NCBI GenBank assembly: GCA_964016885.1
Contig: CAXHJY010001387.1
Coordinates: 1-64,000 of the forward strand
DNA length: 64,000 nt
Origin: Eledone cirrhosa
Lineage: Eukaryota
Reading direction: 5' to 3'
Shown: positions 1 to 11,801 of the stretch, in pieces
Position numbering within the stretch: the stretch's first letter is position 1
How the letters are laid out: each line of letters begins with the position of its first letter
The notes under the pieces: model-generated
Seen by the model: the letters and a program-made list of their open reading frames with translations, nothing else
Database searches by the model: none
What the model was told of the DNA's origin: nothing
Position numbers and translations under genes: made by a program

Positions 1-3000
1 AAAACGGGCACCCAAATAAAAAACGGTGAACCCAAATAAAAATACTGGGCTCGAAATATAATATAATATTATATTATATTATAATATAATATAATATTCT
101 ATTCTATTATATTACATTATAATATAATATAAAACGGGGCACTCAAATAAAAGACGGACCCCACAAATAAAAAACGGGCGACAAATAAAAAATCGGCTCA
201 CCCAAATAAAAACGGGGCACCCAAATAAAAAACGGGGCACCCATATAAAAAACGTACCGCCCCCAATATAAGACGGGCACCCAAATGAAAAACGGGGCAG
301 CCCAATATAAAACGGCCCAATCAAATAAAAAACGGGGCACTCAAATAAAAAACGGCGCACCCAAATAAAAAACGGGCACCCAAATAAAATAACGGAGCAC
401 CCAAATAAAAAGCGGGCCACCAAATAAAAATACTGGGCTCATAATATAATATAATATTATATTATATTATATTATAATATAATATTATATACTATTATAT
501 TATATTATATTCGAATATAATATAAAACGGGGCACCCATATAAAAAACGGACCACCCCCAATAAAAAACAGCCACCCAAATAAAAAACGGGGCACCCAAA
601 TAAAAAACGGACCCCAAAATAAAGAAACGGGCACCCAAATAAAAAACGGGCAAGCAAATAAAAAAACGAGCACCCAAATAAAAAAACGTGACACCCGAAT
701 AAAAAATGGGGCACCCAAATAAAAAACGGGACACTCCAATAAAAAACGTGGCACCCAAATAAAAAACGGGGCGCCCAAATAAAAAACGGGGCACCAAATA
801 AAAAACGAGGCACCCAATTACAAAACGGATCCCCCCAATAAAAAACGGGCACCCAAATAAAAAACCGGTGAACCCAAATAAAAATACTGGGCTCAAAATA
901 TATAATAATATTATATTATATTATATTATATTATAATATAATATAATATTCTATTCTATTATAATATATTATAATATAATATAATATTCTATTCTATTAT
1001 ATTATATTATATAATATAAAGCGGGGTACTCAAATAAAAAACGGACCCCACCAATAAAAAACGGGCGCCCAAATAAAAAATTGGCGCACCCAAATAAAAA
1101 CGGGGCACCCAAACAATAAACGGGGCACCCATATAAAAACGGACCGCCCCCAATAAAAGACGGGCACCCGAATAAAAAACGGCCCACCCAAATAAAAAAC
1201 GGGGCACTCAAATAAAAAACGGGGCACCCAAATAAAAAATGGGGCACGCAAATAAAAAACCGGGCACGGAAATAAAAAAACGGATACCCCCAATAAAAAA
1301 CGGGCACCCAAATAAAAAAACGGGGCACCCAAATAAAAAGCGGGGCACCCAAATAAAAATACTGGGCTCATAATATAATATAATATTATATTATATTATA
1401 ATATAATATTCTATTCTATTCTATTATATTAGAATATAATATGAAACGGGGCACCCATATAAAAAACGGACCGCCCCCAATAAAAAAAAAACCACCCAAA
1501 TAAAAAACGGGGCACCCAAATAAAAAACGGCCACCCAAATAAAAAACGGGGCAATCAAATAAAAAACGGGGCACCCAAATAAAAAACGGACCCCAAAATA
1601 AAAAGGCGGGCACCCAAATAAAAAATGGGGCACCCGAATAACCCCCCCCCTCATTAAAAACGGACCCCTCCCATAAAGAAACGGGCACCCAAATAAAAAA
1701 CGGGGCACCAAAATAAAAAAACGAGGCACCCAAATACAAAACGGATCCCCCCCAAAAAAACGGGCACCGAAATAAAAAACGGTGAACCCAAATAAAAATA
1801 CTGGGCCGAAAATATAATATAATATTATATTATATTATATTATATTATAATATAATATAATATTCTATTCTATTATATTATATTATAATATAATATAAAG
1901 CGGGGCGCCCAAATAAAAAATCGGCGCACCCAAATAAAAACGGGGCACCCAAACAATAAACGGGGCACCCAAATAAAAAACGGGGCACCCAAATAAAAAA
2001 CGGCCCACCAAAATAAAAAACGGGGCAATCAAATAAAAAACGGGGCACCCAAATAAAAAACGGGCACCCAAATAAAATAACGGGGCACCCAAATAAAAAG
2101 CGGGCCACCAAATAAAAATACTGGGCTCATAATATAATATAATATTATATTATATTATATTATATTATAATATAATATTATATTCTATTATATTATATTA
2201 TATTCGAATATAATATAAAACGGGGCACCCATATAAAAAACGGACCACCCCCAATAAAAAACAGCCACCCAAATAAAAAACGGGGCACCCAAATAAAAAA
2301 CGGACCCCAAAATAAAGAAACGGGCACCCAAATAAAAAACGGGCAAGCAAATAAAAAAACGAGCACCCAAATAAAAAAACGTGACACCCGAATAAAAAAT
2401 GGGGCACCCAAATAAAAAACGGGACACTCCAATAAAAAACGTGGCACCCAAATAAAAAACGGGGCGCCCAAATAAAAAACGGGGCACCAAATAAAAAACG
2501 GGCACCCAAATAAAAAACCGGTGAACCCAAATAAAAATACTGGGCTCAAAATATATAATAATATTATATTATATTATATTATATTATAATATAATATAAT
2601 ATTCTATTCTATTATATTATATTATAATATAATATAATATTCTATTCTATTATATTATATTATAATATAATATAAAGCGGGGTACTCAAATAAAAAACGG
2701 ACCCCACCAATAAAAAACGGGCGCCCAAATAAAAAATCGGCGCACCCAAATAAAAACGGGGCACCCAAACAATAAACGGGGCACCCATATAAAAAACGGA
2801 CCGCCCCCAATAAAAGACGGGCGCCCGAATAAAAAACGGCCCACCCAAATAAAAAACGGGGCACTCAAATAAAAAACGGGGCACCCAAATAAAAAATGGG
2901 GCACGCAAATAAAAAACCGGGCACGGAAATAAAAAAACGGATACCCCCAATAAAAAACGGGCACCCAAATAAAAAAACGGGGCACCCAAATAAAAAGCGG

Positions 3001-4413
3001 GGCACCCAAATAAAAATACTGGGCTCATAATATAATATAATATTATATTATATTATAATATAATATTCTATTCTATTCTATTATATTATATTAGAATATA
3101 ATATGAAACGGGGCACCCATATAAAAAACGGACCGCCCCCAATAAAAAAAAAACCACCCAAATAAAAAACGGGGCACCCAAATAAAAAACGGGCCACCCA
3201 AATAAAAAACGGGGCAATCAAATAAAAAACGGGGCACCCAAATAAAAAACGGACCCCAAAATAAAAAAGCGGGCACCCAAATAAAAAATGGGGCACCCGA
3301 ATAAAAACGCCCCCCCCCCTCATCAAAAACTGACCCCTCCCATAAAGAAACAGGCACCCAAATAAAAAACGGACACCCCCATATAAAACGGGTACACAAG
3401 TAAAAAACGGGGCACTCACATAAAAAACGGACCCCCTCCTATAAAAAACGGGCACCCAAATAAAAAACGGGGCACCCAAATAAAAAACGGGGCACCAAAA
3501 TAAAACACGAGGCACCCAGATAAAAAACGGATCCCCCCAATAAAAAACGGCCACCCAAATAAAAAACTGTGAACCCAAATAAAAATACTGGGCTCAAAAT
3601 ATAATATCATATTATATTATATTATATTATGATATTCTATTCTATTATATTATATTATAATATAATATAAAGCGGGGCACTCAAATAAAAAACGGAGCCC
3701 ACCAATAAAAAACGGGCGCCCAAATAAAAGATTGGCGCACCCAAATAAAAGACTGGCACCCAAATAAAAAACGGCTCACCCAAATAAAAAACGGGGCACT
3801 CAAATAAAAAACGGGGCACCCAAATAAATAACGGACCCCCAATAAAAAAACGGGCACCCAAATAAAAAAGGGGTACCCAAATAAAAAACGCCCCACCCCC
3901 ATAAAAAACGGACCCCTCCCATAAAGAAACGGACACCCAAATAGAAAACGGACCCTCCCATATAAAATGAGTACGCAAATAAAAAACGGACCCACATATA
4001 AAACGGGCACCCAAATAAAGAACGGGGCACCCAAATAAAAAACGGACCCCTCCCATAAAAAGCAGGTACCCAAATAAAAAACGGGCACCCATAAAAAACG
4101 GGCACCCAAAAATAAACGGGGCACCCAAATAAAAAACGGGACACCTAAATAAAAAAACGGGCCCCAATAAAAAACGGATCTTCCCCCCGCCCCCTTTAAA
4201 AAACGGGCACCCAAATAAAACAACGTGGCACCCAAATAAAAAACGGGACACCCAAATATAAAACGGAATCCCCTCCCCAATAAAATAACGGGGCACCCAA
4301 ATAAAGAAACGGGGCACCCAAATTAAAATCTGGCACCCAAATAAAAAACGGGGCATCCAAATAAATAAAGGGGCACCAAATAAAAAACGGGGCACCCAAA
4401 TAAAAAAACGGGC
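1..4413 (+). repeat. Composite satellite: blocks of a 20-bp minisatellite (consensus CGGGGCACCCAAATAAAAAA) alternating with ~65-125 bp palindromic AT spacers
   Basis: Unit is directly readable (e.g. 1981-2000). Blocks end in AAAAATACTGGGC(TC) at ~43, 431, 885, 1360, 1799, 2119, 2538, 3017 and 3586. Each is followed by a (TATAA)n(TTATA)n spacer, most containing a TATTCTATT variant. Confidence 0.95.
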
Positions 4414-4472
4414 CATATAAGATTATATTATATTATAATATATTATAATATTATATAATATAATATAATATA

Positions 4473-4586
4473 ATTGTTTCTACTTTAGGCACAAGGCCAG
4501 CAATTACCCAGTACATTACTGGTACTTCATTTTATCGACCCTGTAAGGATGAAAGGCAAAGTTAACCTGGGCGGGATTTGAACTCA
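4473..4586 (-). mobile_element. SINE family 1, 5'-truncated (B box to 3' end)
   Basis: Reverse complement reads TGAGTTCAAATCCCGCC...GCCTTTCATCCTTACAGGGTCGATAAAATGAAGTACCAG...GGCCTTGTGCCTAAAGTAGAAACAAT; matches the full-length copies in this window. Confidence 0.85.
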
Positions 4587-4682
4587 AATATAATATAATA
4601 TAATATATAATATAATATAATATATAATATAATATGATATTATAATATAAAATAATATATAAATATTATAATATATTATATT

Positions 4683-4725
4683 AGGCCAGCAATTACTCAG
4701 TACATTACTTTATCGACTCCGTATG
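4683..4725 (-). mobile_element. Internally deleted SINE family 1 fragment fused directly to minisatellite
   Basis: AGGCCAGCAATTACTCAGTACATTACT-TTATCGACTCCGTATGG then GCACCCAAAT; compare the intact copy at 5638. Confidence 0.75.
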
Positions 4726-5079
4726 GGCACCCAAATAAAAAAACGGGGCACCCAAATAAAAAACGGGGCACCTAAATAAAAAAACGGGGCACCCAATAAA
4801 AAACGGACCCCCCCCCCTCCCCCCCACCCCACCCCGTTAAAAAACAGGCACCCAAATAAAAAATGTGGCACCAAAATAAAAAACGAGGCACCCAAATATA
4901 AAACGGACCCTCCTTCCCCAATAAAATAACGGGGCACCCAAATAAAAAAACGGTCCCCCCCCCATCAAAAACGGGGCACCCAAATAAAAATCGGGCACCC
5001 AAATAAAAAACGGGGCACCCAAATAAAGAACCGGGGCACAAAATAAAAAAACGGGGCACCCAAATAAAAAAACCGGCCA
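4724..5079 (+). repeat. 20-bp minisatellite block
   Basis: Same consensus unit; ends GGCCATATAA like the block ending at 4413. Confidence 0.9.
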
Positions 5080-5136
5080 TATAATATTATATTAGATTAT
5101 AATATATTATAATATTATATAATATAATATAATATA

Positions 5137-5524
5137 ATTGTTTCTACTTTAGGCACAAGGCCAACAAATATCCAGTACATTACTGGTACTTTATTTTATC
5201 GACCCTGTAAGGATGAAAGACAAAGTTAACCTGGGCGGGATTTGAACTCAAATATAATATAATATAATAGATAATTGTTTCTACTTTAGGCACAAGGCCA
5301 GCAATTACCCAGTGCATTACTGGTACTTTATTTTATCGACCCCGTAAGGATGAAAGACAAAGTTAACCTGGGCGGGATTTGAACTCAAATATAATATAAT
5401 ATAATAGATAATTGTTTCTACTTTAGGCACAAGGCCAGCAATTACCCAGTGCATTACTGGTACTTTATTTTATCGACCCCGTAACGATGAAAGGCAAAGT
5501 CAACCTCGGCGGGATTTGAACTCA
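5137..5524 (-). mobile_element. Tandem trimer of truncated SINE family 1 (period 137 bp)
   Basis: Copies at 5137-5250, 5274-5387 and 5411-5524, all ending at GATTTGAACTCA, separated by the same AATATAATATAATATAATAGATA spacer. Confidence 0.9.
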
Positions 5525-5637
5525 TTATTATAATATAATAGATAATATAATATAATATTATATAATATTATAATATAATAGATAATATAATATAATATTA
5601 TAATATAAAATAATATTATATTATAATATATTATATT

Positions 5638-5798
5638 AGGCCAGCAATTACTCAGTACATTACTGGTACTTTATTTTATCGACCCCGTATGGATGAAAGG
5701 CAAAGTTAACCTCGGCGGGATTTGAACTCAGATCATAAAGGGACGTAACTATGCTGGGAAGCATGTCCGAGCCTCTTGCGATACTGCCAATTCAGCGC
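5638..5798 (-). mobile_element. SINE family 1, head present, extreme 3' end missing
   Basis: Minus strand has A-box-like TGGCAGTATCGC, B box GAGTTCAAATCC and the GCCTTTCATCC core. Confidence 0.85.
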
Positions 5799-6350
5799 TA
5801 TATTATAATATATTATATTATGTTATAATATAATATAATATTATATTATATTATAATATAATATATAATATAATATATTATATTATATTATATTATAATA
5901 TAATATAATATAATATAATATAATATAATATAATATAATATAATATAATATAACATTATATTATATTATATTATATTATATTATATTATATTATAATATA
6001 ATATAATATAATATTGTATTATATTATAATATAATATGATATAATATAATATAATATATTATATTATATTATATTGTAATATATTATATTATAATAAAAT
6101 ATAATATATTATAATATATTATAATATTATATTATATTGTAATATATTATATTATAATATAATATAATATAATATAATATTATATTATAATATAATATAA
6201 TATAATATTATATTGTATTATATGATATATTATATTATAATATCTTATAATATAGTATAATATTATATTATATTATAATTTAATATAATATAATAATATA
6301 TTATATTAAATTATAATATAATATAATATAATATAATATAATATAATATA
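5799..6350. repeat. Palindromic AT-rich pentanucleotide tract (TATAA)n/(TTATA)n
   Basis: Nearly pure AT; alternating runs of two mutually reverse-complementary pentamers. Confidence 0.92.
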
Positions 6351-6468
6351 ATTGTTTCTACTTTAGGCACAAGGCCAGCAATTATCCAGTGTATTACTGG
6401 TACTTTATTTTATCGACCCCCATAAGGATGAAAGGCAAAGTCAACCTCGGCGGGATTTGAACTCAGAT
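6351..6468 (-). mobile_element. SINE family 1, 5'-truncated
   Basis: Same B box, core and 3' end; inverted relative to the copy at 6501. Confidence 0.85.
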
Positions 6469-6500
6469 AATATAATATAATATAATATAATATTATTATA

Positions 6501-6683
6501 TTGGTGGATTGGCAGTATCGGTAGAGGTTCGGACGCCATGCTTTCCAGCATAGTTACGTCCCTTTACAATCTGAGTTCAAATCCCGCCAAGGTTGACTTT
6601 GCCTTTCATCCTTACGGGATCAATAAATAAATTACCAGTAATGCACTGGGTAATCGCTGTCCTTGTGCCTCATGTAGAAAAAA
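6501..6683 (+). mobile_element. SINE family 1, near full length (tRNA-derived head, Pol III A and B boxes)
   Basis: A-box-like TGGCAGTATCGG at 6510, B box GAGTTCAAATCC at 6573, then GCCTTTCATCCTTACGGG..AATAAA..TACCAG. The core resembles, from recall, the Nin/Deu-type SINE domain and octopus SINEs. Confidence 0.85.
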
Positions 6684-6758
6684 TGTTATTATATTATATT
6701 ATAATATAATAAAATATTATGTTATATTAAAATATAATATTATATAATAGTATATTAT

Positions 6759-7463
6759 TTGGCATTATCGGTAGAGTCGGACACCATGCAAGTAAAAAAA
6801 CGCTGCCCCCAATAAAAAACACGGATCCCCACAATAAAAGACTGTCCACCCAAATAAAAAAACGGGGCACTCAAATGAAAAAACAGGGCACCCAAATAAA
6901 AAAATGGGGCACCCAAATAAAAAAACGGGCCACCCAAATAAAAAGTCCGGCACCCAAATAAAAAACGGAACCCCCAATAAAAAAAACGGTGCACCCAAAT
7001 AAAAAAACGGGGCACCCAAATAAAAAGACCGGCACCCAAATAAAAAACGGGGCACCCAAATAAAGAACGGACCCCCCCATAAAAAACGGGGCACCCAAAT
7101 AAAAAACGGAACCCCCAATAAAAAAAACAGTGCACCCAAATAAAAAAACGGGGCACCCAAATAAAAAAACGGGGCACCCAAATAAAAAAACGGACACCCC
7201 ATAAAAAACGGGGCACCCAAATTAGAAAACGGAGCACCCAAATAAAGAAACGGGGCACCCAAATAAAAATCGGGCACCCAAATAAAAAACGGCGCACCCA
7301 AATAAAAAAACGGAATCCCCCATAAAAAAACGGGGCATCCAAATAAAAAACGGGGCACCCAAATAAAAAACGCCCCCCCCCCCCCAAAAAAAAACGAGGC
7401 ACCAAAATAAAAAACAGGGCACCCAAATAAAAAAACGGGGCACCCAAATAATAAAACGGGGCA
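6759..7463 (+). repeat. Minisatellite block capped by a 31-bp SINE head fragment
   Basis: TTGGCATTATCGGTAGAGTCGGACACCATGC (6759-6789) runs directly into minisatellite units. Confidence 0.9.
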
Positions 7464-7506
7464 TATAATATAATATTATATTATATCATAATATATTATA
7501 ATATAA

Positions 7507-7560
7507 GGGCGGTGCCTCAGCATGGCCTCAGCCGGTTGGCTGAAACAGGTAAAAGAGTAA
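7507..7560 (+). mobile_element. Isolated SINE 3'-tail fragment (second copy 14799-14852)
   Basis: GGCGGTGCCTCAGCATGGCCTCAGCCGGTTGGCTGAAACAGGTAAAAGAGTAA; recalled as similar to an octopus SINE tail ending TGAAACAAGTAAAAGAG, not verified by search. Confidence 0.55.
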
Positions 7561-7635
7561 TATAATATAATATAATATTATATTTTAATATATTATATTA
7601 TAATACAATATAATATTATATTATATTATAATATA

Positions 7636-8051
7636 ATTGTTTCTATTTTAGGCACAAGGCCAGCAATCACTCAGTGCATTACTGGTACTTTATTTTATCG
7701 ACTATTATATTATATTATAATATATTATATTATATATTAGGCCAGCAATTACTCATTACATTACTGGTACTTTATTTTATCGACCCCGTATGGATGAAAG
7801 GCAAAGTTAACCACGGCGTAAAGGGACCAGATCATAAAGGGACGTAACTATGCTAGAAAGCATGCCCGAGCCTCTACCGATACTGCCAATTCAAAGCTAT
7901 ATTATAATATATTATATTATATTATAATATAATATATAATATAATATTATGCCGAGGTTGACTTTGCCTTTTATCCTTACGGGGTCGATAAAATAAAAGT
8001 ACCAGTAATCCACTGAGTAATTGCTGGCCTTGTGCCTAAAGTAGAAACAAT
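7636..8051. mobile_element. Cluster of three SINE family 1 pieces: 7636-7702 (-), 7739-7897 (-, B box destroyed), 7951-8051 (+)
   Basis: Direct similarity to the full-length copies; duplicated at 14928-14994, 15031-15189 and 15243-15343. Confidence 0.85.
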
Positions 8052-8194
8052 TATATTATAATATAATATAATATAATATAATATAACATAATATTATATT
8101 ATATTGTAATATATTATATTATAAGATAATATAATATATTATATTATATTGTAATATATTATATTATAATATAATATAATATAATATATTATAT

Positions 8195-8474
8195 TCATCA
8201 TTTCATCATTTCATTTTACGTCCGCTTCTGCGTGCTTGCAAGGGTGGGACGGGAACTGATTTTGGCTCGATTTCTCCAGCTGCATGCCCTTCCTAAAACC
8301 AACCTCATTTACAGTGAGTGCTGGGGGCTTGCTGGGGGCTTTTTAGCCGTGGCATCTACACGTCCACTTTACAATGTCTTGCTCAAGAAAACAACACATC
8401 TCCCGGTCTGAGAATTGAACTCACAACCTTTCGATTGCAAGGCCAATGCTCTAACCACTAAGCCATGCGCCACC
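8195..8474 (-). mobile_element. SINE family 2 (tRNA-derived), apparently full length
   Basis: Minus strand begins GGCGCATGGCTTAGTGGTTAGAGC (A box TGGCTTAGTGG), has B box GAGTTCAATTCTC, then TTCTTGAGCAAGACA and AGGAAGGGCATGCAGCTG, and ends in an ATGAAATGATGAA simple tail. Confidence 0.85.
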
Positions 8475-8812
8475 ATAATATAATATAATATTATATTATA
8501 TTATATTATAGTATATTACAATATACTATAATATTATATTATATTATATTATATTATATTATATTATATTATATTATATTATATTATATTATATTATATT
8601 ATATTATATTATATTATATTATAATATAATATAATATAATATTATATTGTATTATATTATATTATATTATAATATATTATAATATAATATAATATTATGT
8701 TATATTATAATTTAATATATTATAATATTATATTATATTATATTATATTATAATATAATGTTATAATATATTATAATATAATATAATATAACATAATATA
8801 TATATTATTATA

Positions 8813-9154
8813 TTGGTGGATTGGCAGTATCGGTAGAGGGTCGGACGCCATGCTTTCCAGCATAGTTACGTCCCTTTACGATCTGAGTTCAAATCCCGCC
8901 AAGGTTGAATTTGCCTTTCTTCCTTACGAGGTCAATAAACTAAAGTACCAGTAATGCACTGTGTAATTGCTGGCCTTGTGCTTAATGTAGAAACAATTAT
9001 ATTATATTATAATATAATCGTTTCTACGTTTGGCACAAGGCCAGCAATTACCCAATGCATTACTGGTACTTTATTTTATCGACCCCTTAAGGATGAAAGG
9101 CAAAGTTAACCTCGGCGGGATTTGAACTCAGAATGGCAAGGGTCGTAACTCTAT
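8813..9154. mobile_element. Tail-to-tail SINE family 1 pair: 8813-8997 (+, near full) and 9017-9154 (-, truncated)
   Basis: A and B boxes in the + copy; ~20-nt AT spacer; duplicated at 16095-16279 and 16299-16436. Confidence 0.85.
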
Positions 9155-9215
9155 AATATAATATAATATTATGTTATATTATAATATAATATAATATAAT
9201 ATAATAGTATATTAT

Positions 9216-9657
9216 TTGGCATTATCGGTAGAATCGGACACCATGCAAATAAAAAACAGGCACCCCCCCCCCCCCCCCCCCCCAATAAAAAACGGGACAC
9301 CCCGCCCCAATAAAAAACGGGCACCCAAATAAAGAAAACGGGGAACCCAAATAAAAAAGACGGCACGCAAATGAAAAAACGGAACCCCCCATAAAAAACG
9401 GGGCACCCAACTTAGAAAACGGGGCACCCAAATAAAGAAACGGACCCCCCCCCCCCCATAAAAACGGGGCAACCAAATATAAATCGGGCACCCAAATAAA
9501 AAACGGGGCACCCAAATAAAAAAAACGGACCCCCGCATAAAAAACGAGGCAACCAAATAAAAAACGGATGGCCCCCCAAATAAAAAAACTAGACACCCAA
9601 ATAAAAAGCAGGGCACCCAAATAATAAAACGGGGCACCCAAAAAATAAAACGGGGCA
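9216..9657 (+). repeat. Minisatellite block capped by SINE head fragment
   Basis: TTGGCATTATCGGTAGAATCGGACACCATGC then minisatellite units with a long poly-C run; ends AAAACGGGGCA-TATAAT. Confidence 0.9.
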
Positions 9658-9770
9658 TATAATATAATATTATATTATATTATATTATATTTTAATATAA
9701 TATAATATAATATTATATTATATTATATTATATTATATTATAATACAATATAATATTATATTATAATATA

Positions 9771-10125
9771 ATTGTTTTTACTTTAGGCACAAGGGCAGCA
9801 AATAGTACTTGATTTTATCGACTATTATATTATATTATAATATATTATATTATATTATATTACTGGTACTTTATTTTATCGACCCCGTATGGATGAAAGG
9901 CAAAGTTAACCTCGGCGGGATTTGAACTCAGATCATAAAGGGACGTAACTATGCTCGAAAGCATGCCCGAGCCTCTACCGATACTGCCAATTCAAGGCTA
10001 TATTATAATATAATATATAATATAATTTATGCCGAGGTTGACTTTGCCTTTTATCCTTACGGGTTCGATAAAATAAAAGTACCAGTAATGCACTGCATAA
10101 TTGCTGGCCTTGTGCCTAAAGTAGA
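9771..10125. mobile_element. Cluster of SINE family 1 pieces: 9771-9822 (-), 9859-9998 (-), 10031-10125 (+)
   Basis: Same order and nearly the same breakpoints as the 7636-8051 cluster; duplicated at ~17060-17414. Confidence 0.82.
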
Positions 10126-10240
10126 TTATATTATAATATAATATAATATAATATAATATTATATTATATTGTAATATATTATATTATAATATAATATAAT
10201 ATAATATAATATCATATTATATTATAATATTATATAATCC

Positions 10241-10498
10241 TCATTTCATTTTACGTCCGCTTTACCGTGCTTGCAAGGGTGGGACGGGAACTGCTTTTGG
10301 CTCGATTTCTCCAGCTGGATGCCCTTTCTAACACCAACCTCATTTACAGTGAGTGCTGGAGGTTTTTTAGCTGTGGCATTTACACGACCACCTTACAGTA
10401 TCTTGCTCAAGGAAACAACACATCACCCGGTCTGAGAATTGAACTCGCAACATTTCGATTGCAAGGTCAATGCTCTAACCACTAAGCCATGTGCCTCC
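10241..10498 (-). mobile_element. SINE family 2, diverged second copy
   Basis: A box TGGCTTAGTGG and B box GAGTTCAATTC on the minus strand; aligns to 8195-8474 with many substitutions. Confidence 0.85.
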
Positions 10499-10500
10499 GT

Positions 10501-10817
10501 AATATAATATATTATATTATATTATATTATATTATATTATATTATATTATATTATATTATATTATATTATATTATATTATATTATATTATATTACAATAC
10601 AATACAATACAATACAATACAATACAATACAATATAATATATTATAATATTATATTATAATATAATATAATATTATATTATATTATATTGTATTATAATA
10701 TAATATAATATAATATTATATTGTATTATATTATATTATATTATATTATAATATAATATATTATAATATAATATAATATAATATAATATAATATTATATT
10801 ATATTATATTATATTAT
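10501..10817. repeat. (TTATA)n - (TACAA)8 - (TATAA)n microsatellite tract (copy at ~17790-18137)
   Basis: Long pure TTATA run; TACAA run at 10593-10632. Confidence 0.92.
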
Positions 10818-10818
10818 A

Positions 10819-11030
10819 CCGACCCTCTACCGATATTGCCAATCTACCAATATAATATAATATAATATAATATTATATTATATTATATTATATTATATTA
10901 TATTATATTATATTATATTATATTATATTATAATTGTTTCTACTTTAGGGACAAGGCCAGCAATTACCCAGTACATTACTGGTACTTTATTTTATCGACC
11001 CCGTAAGGATGAAAGGCAAAGTCAACCTCG
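10819..11030 (-). mobile_element. SINE family 1 fragments: head piece 10819-10850 and 3' half 10933-11030
   Basis: Match to the head and core; duplicated at ~18138-18169 and 18257-18354. Confidence 0.8.
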
Positions 11031-11162
11031 AATATATTATATTATAATATATTATATTATATTATAATATAATATAACATTATAATATAATATAATATAA
11101 TATTATATTATATTGTATTATACTATATTATATTATATTATAATATAATATATTATAATATA

Positions 11163-11352
11163 ATTGTTTCTACTATTGGCACAAGGCCAGCAAATTACCC
11201 AGTACATTACTGGTACTTTATTTTATCGACCCCGTAAGGATGAAAGGCAAAGTTAACCTCGGCGGGATTTGAACTCAGAATGGCAAGGGCCGTAACTCTA
11301 TGCGTCAAAGCATGGCGTCCGACCCTCTACCGATACTGCCAATTCACCGCCC
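11163..11352 (-). mobile_element. SINE family 1, full length, subfamily b
   Basis: Starts GGGCGGTGAATTGGCAGTATCGG on the minus strand, B box intact; distinct inter-box segment (+ strand CAGAATGGCAAGGGCCGTAACTCTATGCGTCAAAGC); copy at 18487-18676. Confidence 0.87.
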
Positions 11353-11474
11353 AATATAATATAATATAATATTATATTATAATTTAATATAATATAATAA
11401 TATATTATATTATATTATAATATAATGTTATATTATATTATAATATAATATAATATATTATAATATAATATATT

Positions 11475-11560
11475 CGAGGTTGACTTTGCCTTTCATCCTT
11501 ACGGGGTCGATAAAATAAAGTACCAGTAATTGCTGGCCTTGTGCCTAAAGTAGAAACAAT
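11475..11560 (+). mobile_element. SINE family 1 3' half with a small internal deletion
   Basis: Lacks ~12 nt between two GTAAT direct repeats; copy at 18799-18884. Confidence 0.8.
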
Positions 11561-11599
11561 TATAATATAATATAATATAATATAATATAATATAATATA

Positions 11600-11786
11600 A
11601 TTGTTTCTACTTTAGGCACAAGGCCAGTAAATACTCAGTGCATTACTGGTACTTTATTTTATCGACCCCGTAAGGATGAAAGGCAAAGTCAACCTCGGCG
11701 GGATTTGAACTCAGATCATAAAGGGACGTAACTATGCTGGAAAGCATGGCGTCCGACCCTCTACCGATACTGCCAATCCACCGCCC
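11600..11786 (-). mobile_element. SINE family 1, full length, subfamily a
   Basis: GGGCGGTGGATTGGCAGTATCGGTAGAGGG head with intact B box; copy at 18934-19120. Confidence 0.88.
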
Positions 11787-11801
11787 TAATATTATATTAT
11801 A

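Noticed and set aside
1-4413. CRISPR-like repeat/spacer appearance
   Set aside because: No unique spacers, no cas genes, eukaryotic context.
8400-8474. tRNA-like sequence with A and B boxes
   Set aside because: Continues into a SINE body and tail and lacks a well-paired acceptor stem; it is a SINE head, not a tRNA gene.
10267-10485. 72-aa non-repetitive-looking ORF (copy at 17556)
   Set aside because: It is the antisense of SINE family 2, begins at GTG, and the frame is broken in the 8195 and 15501 copies.
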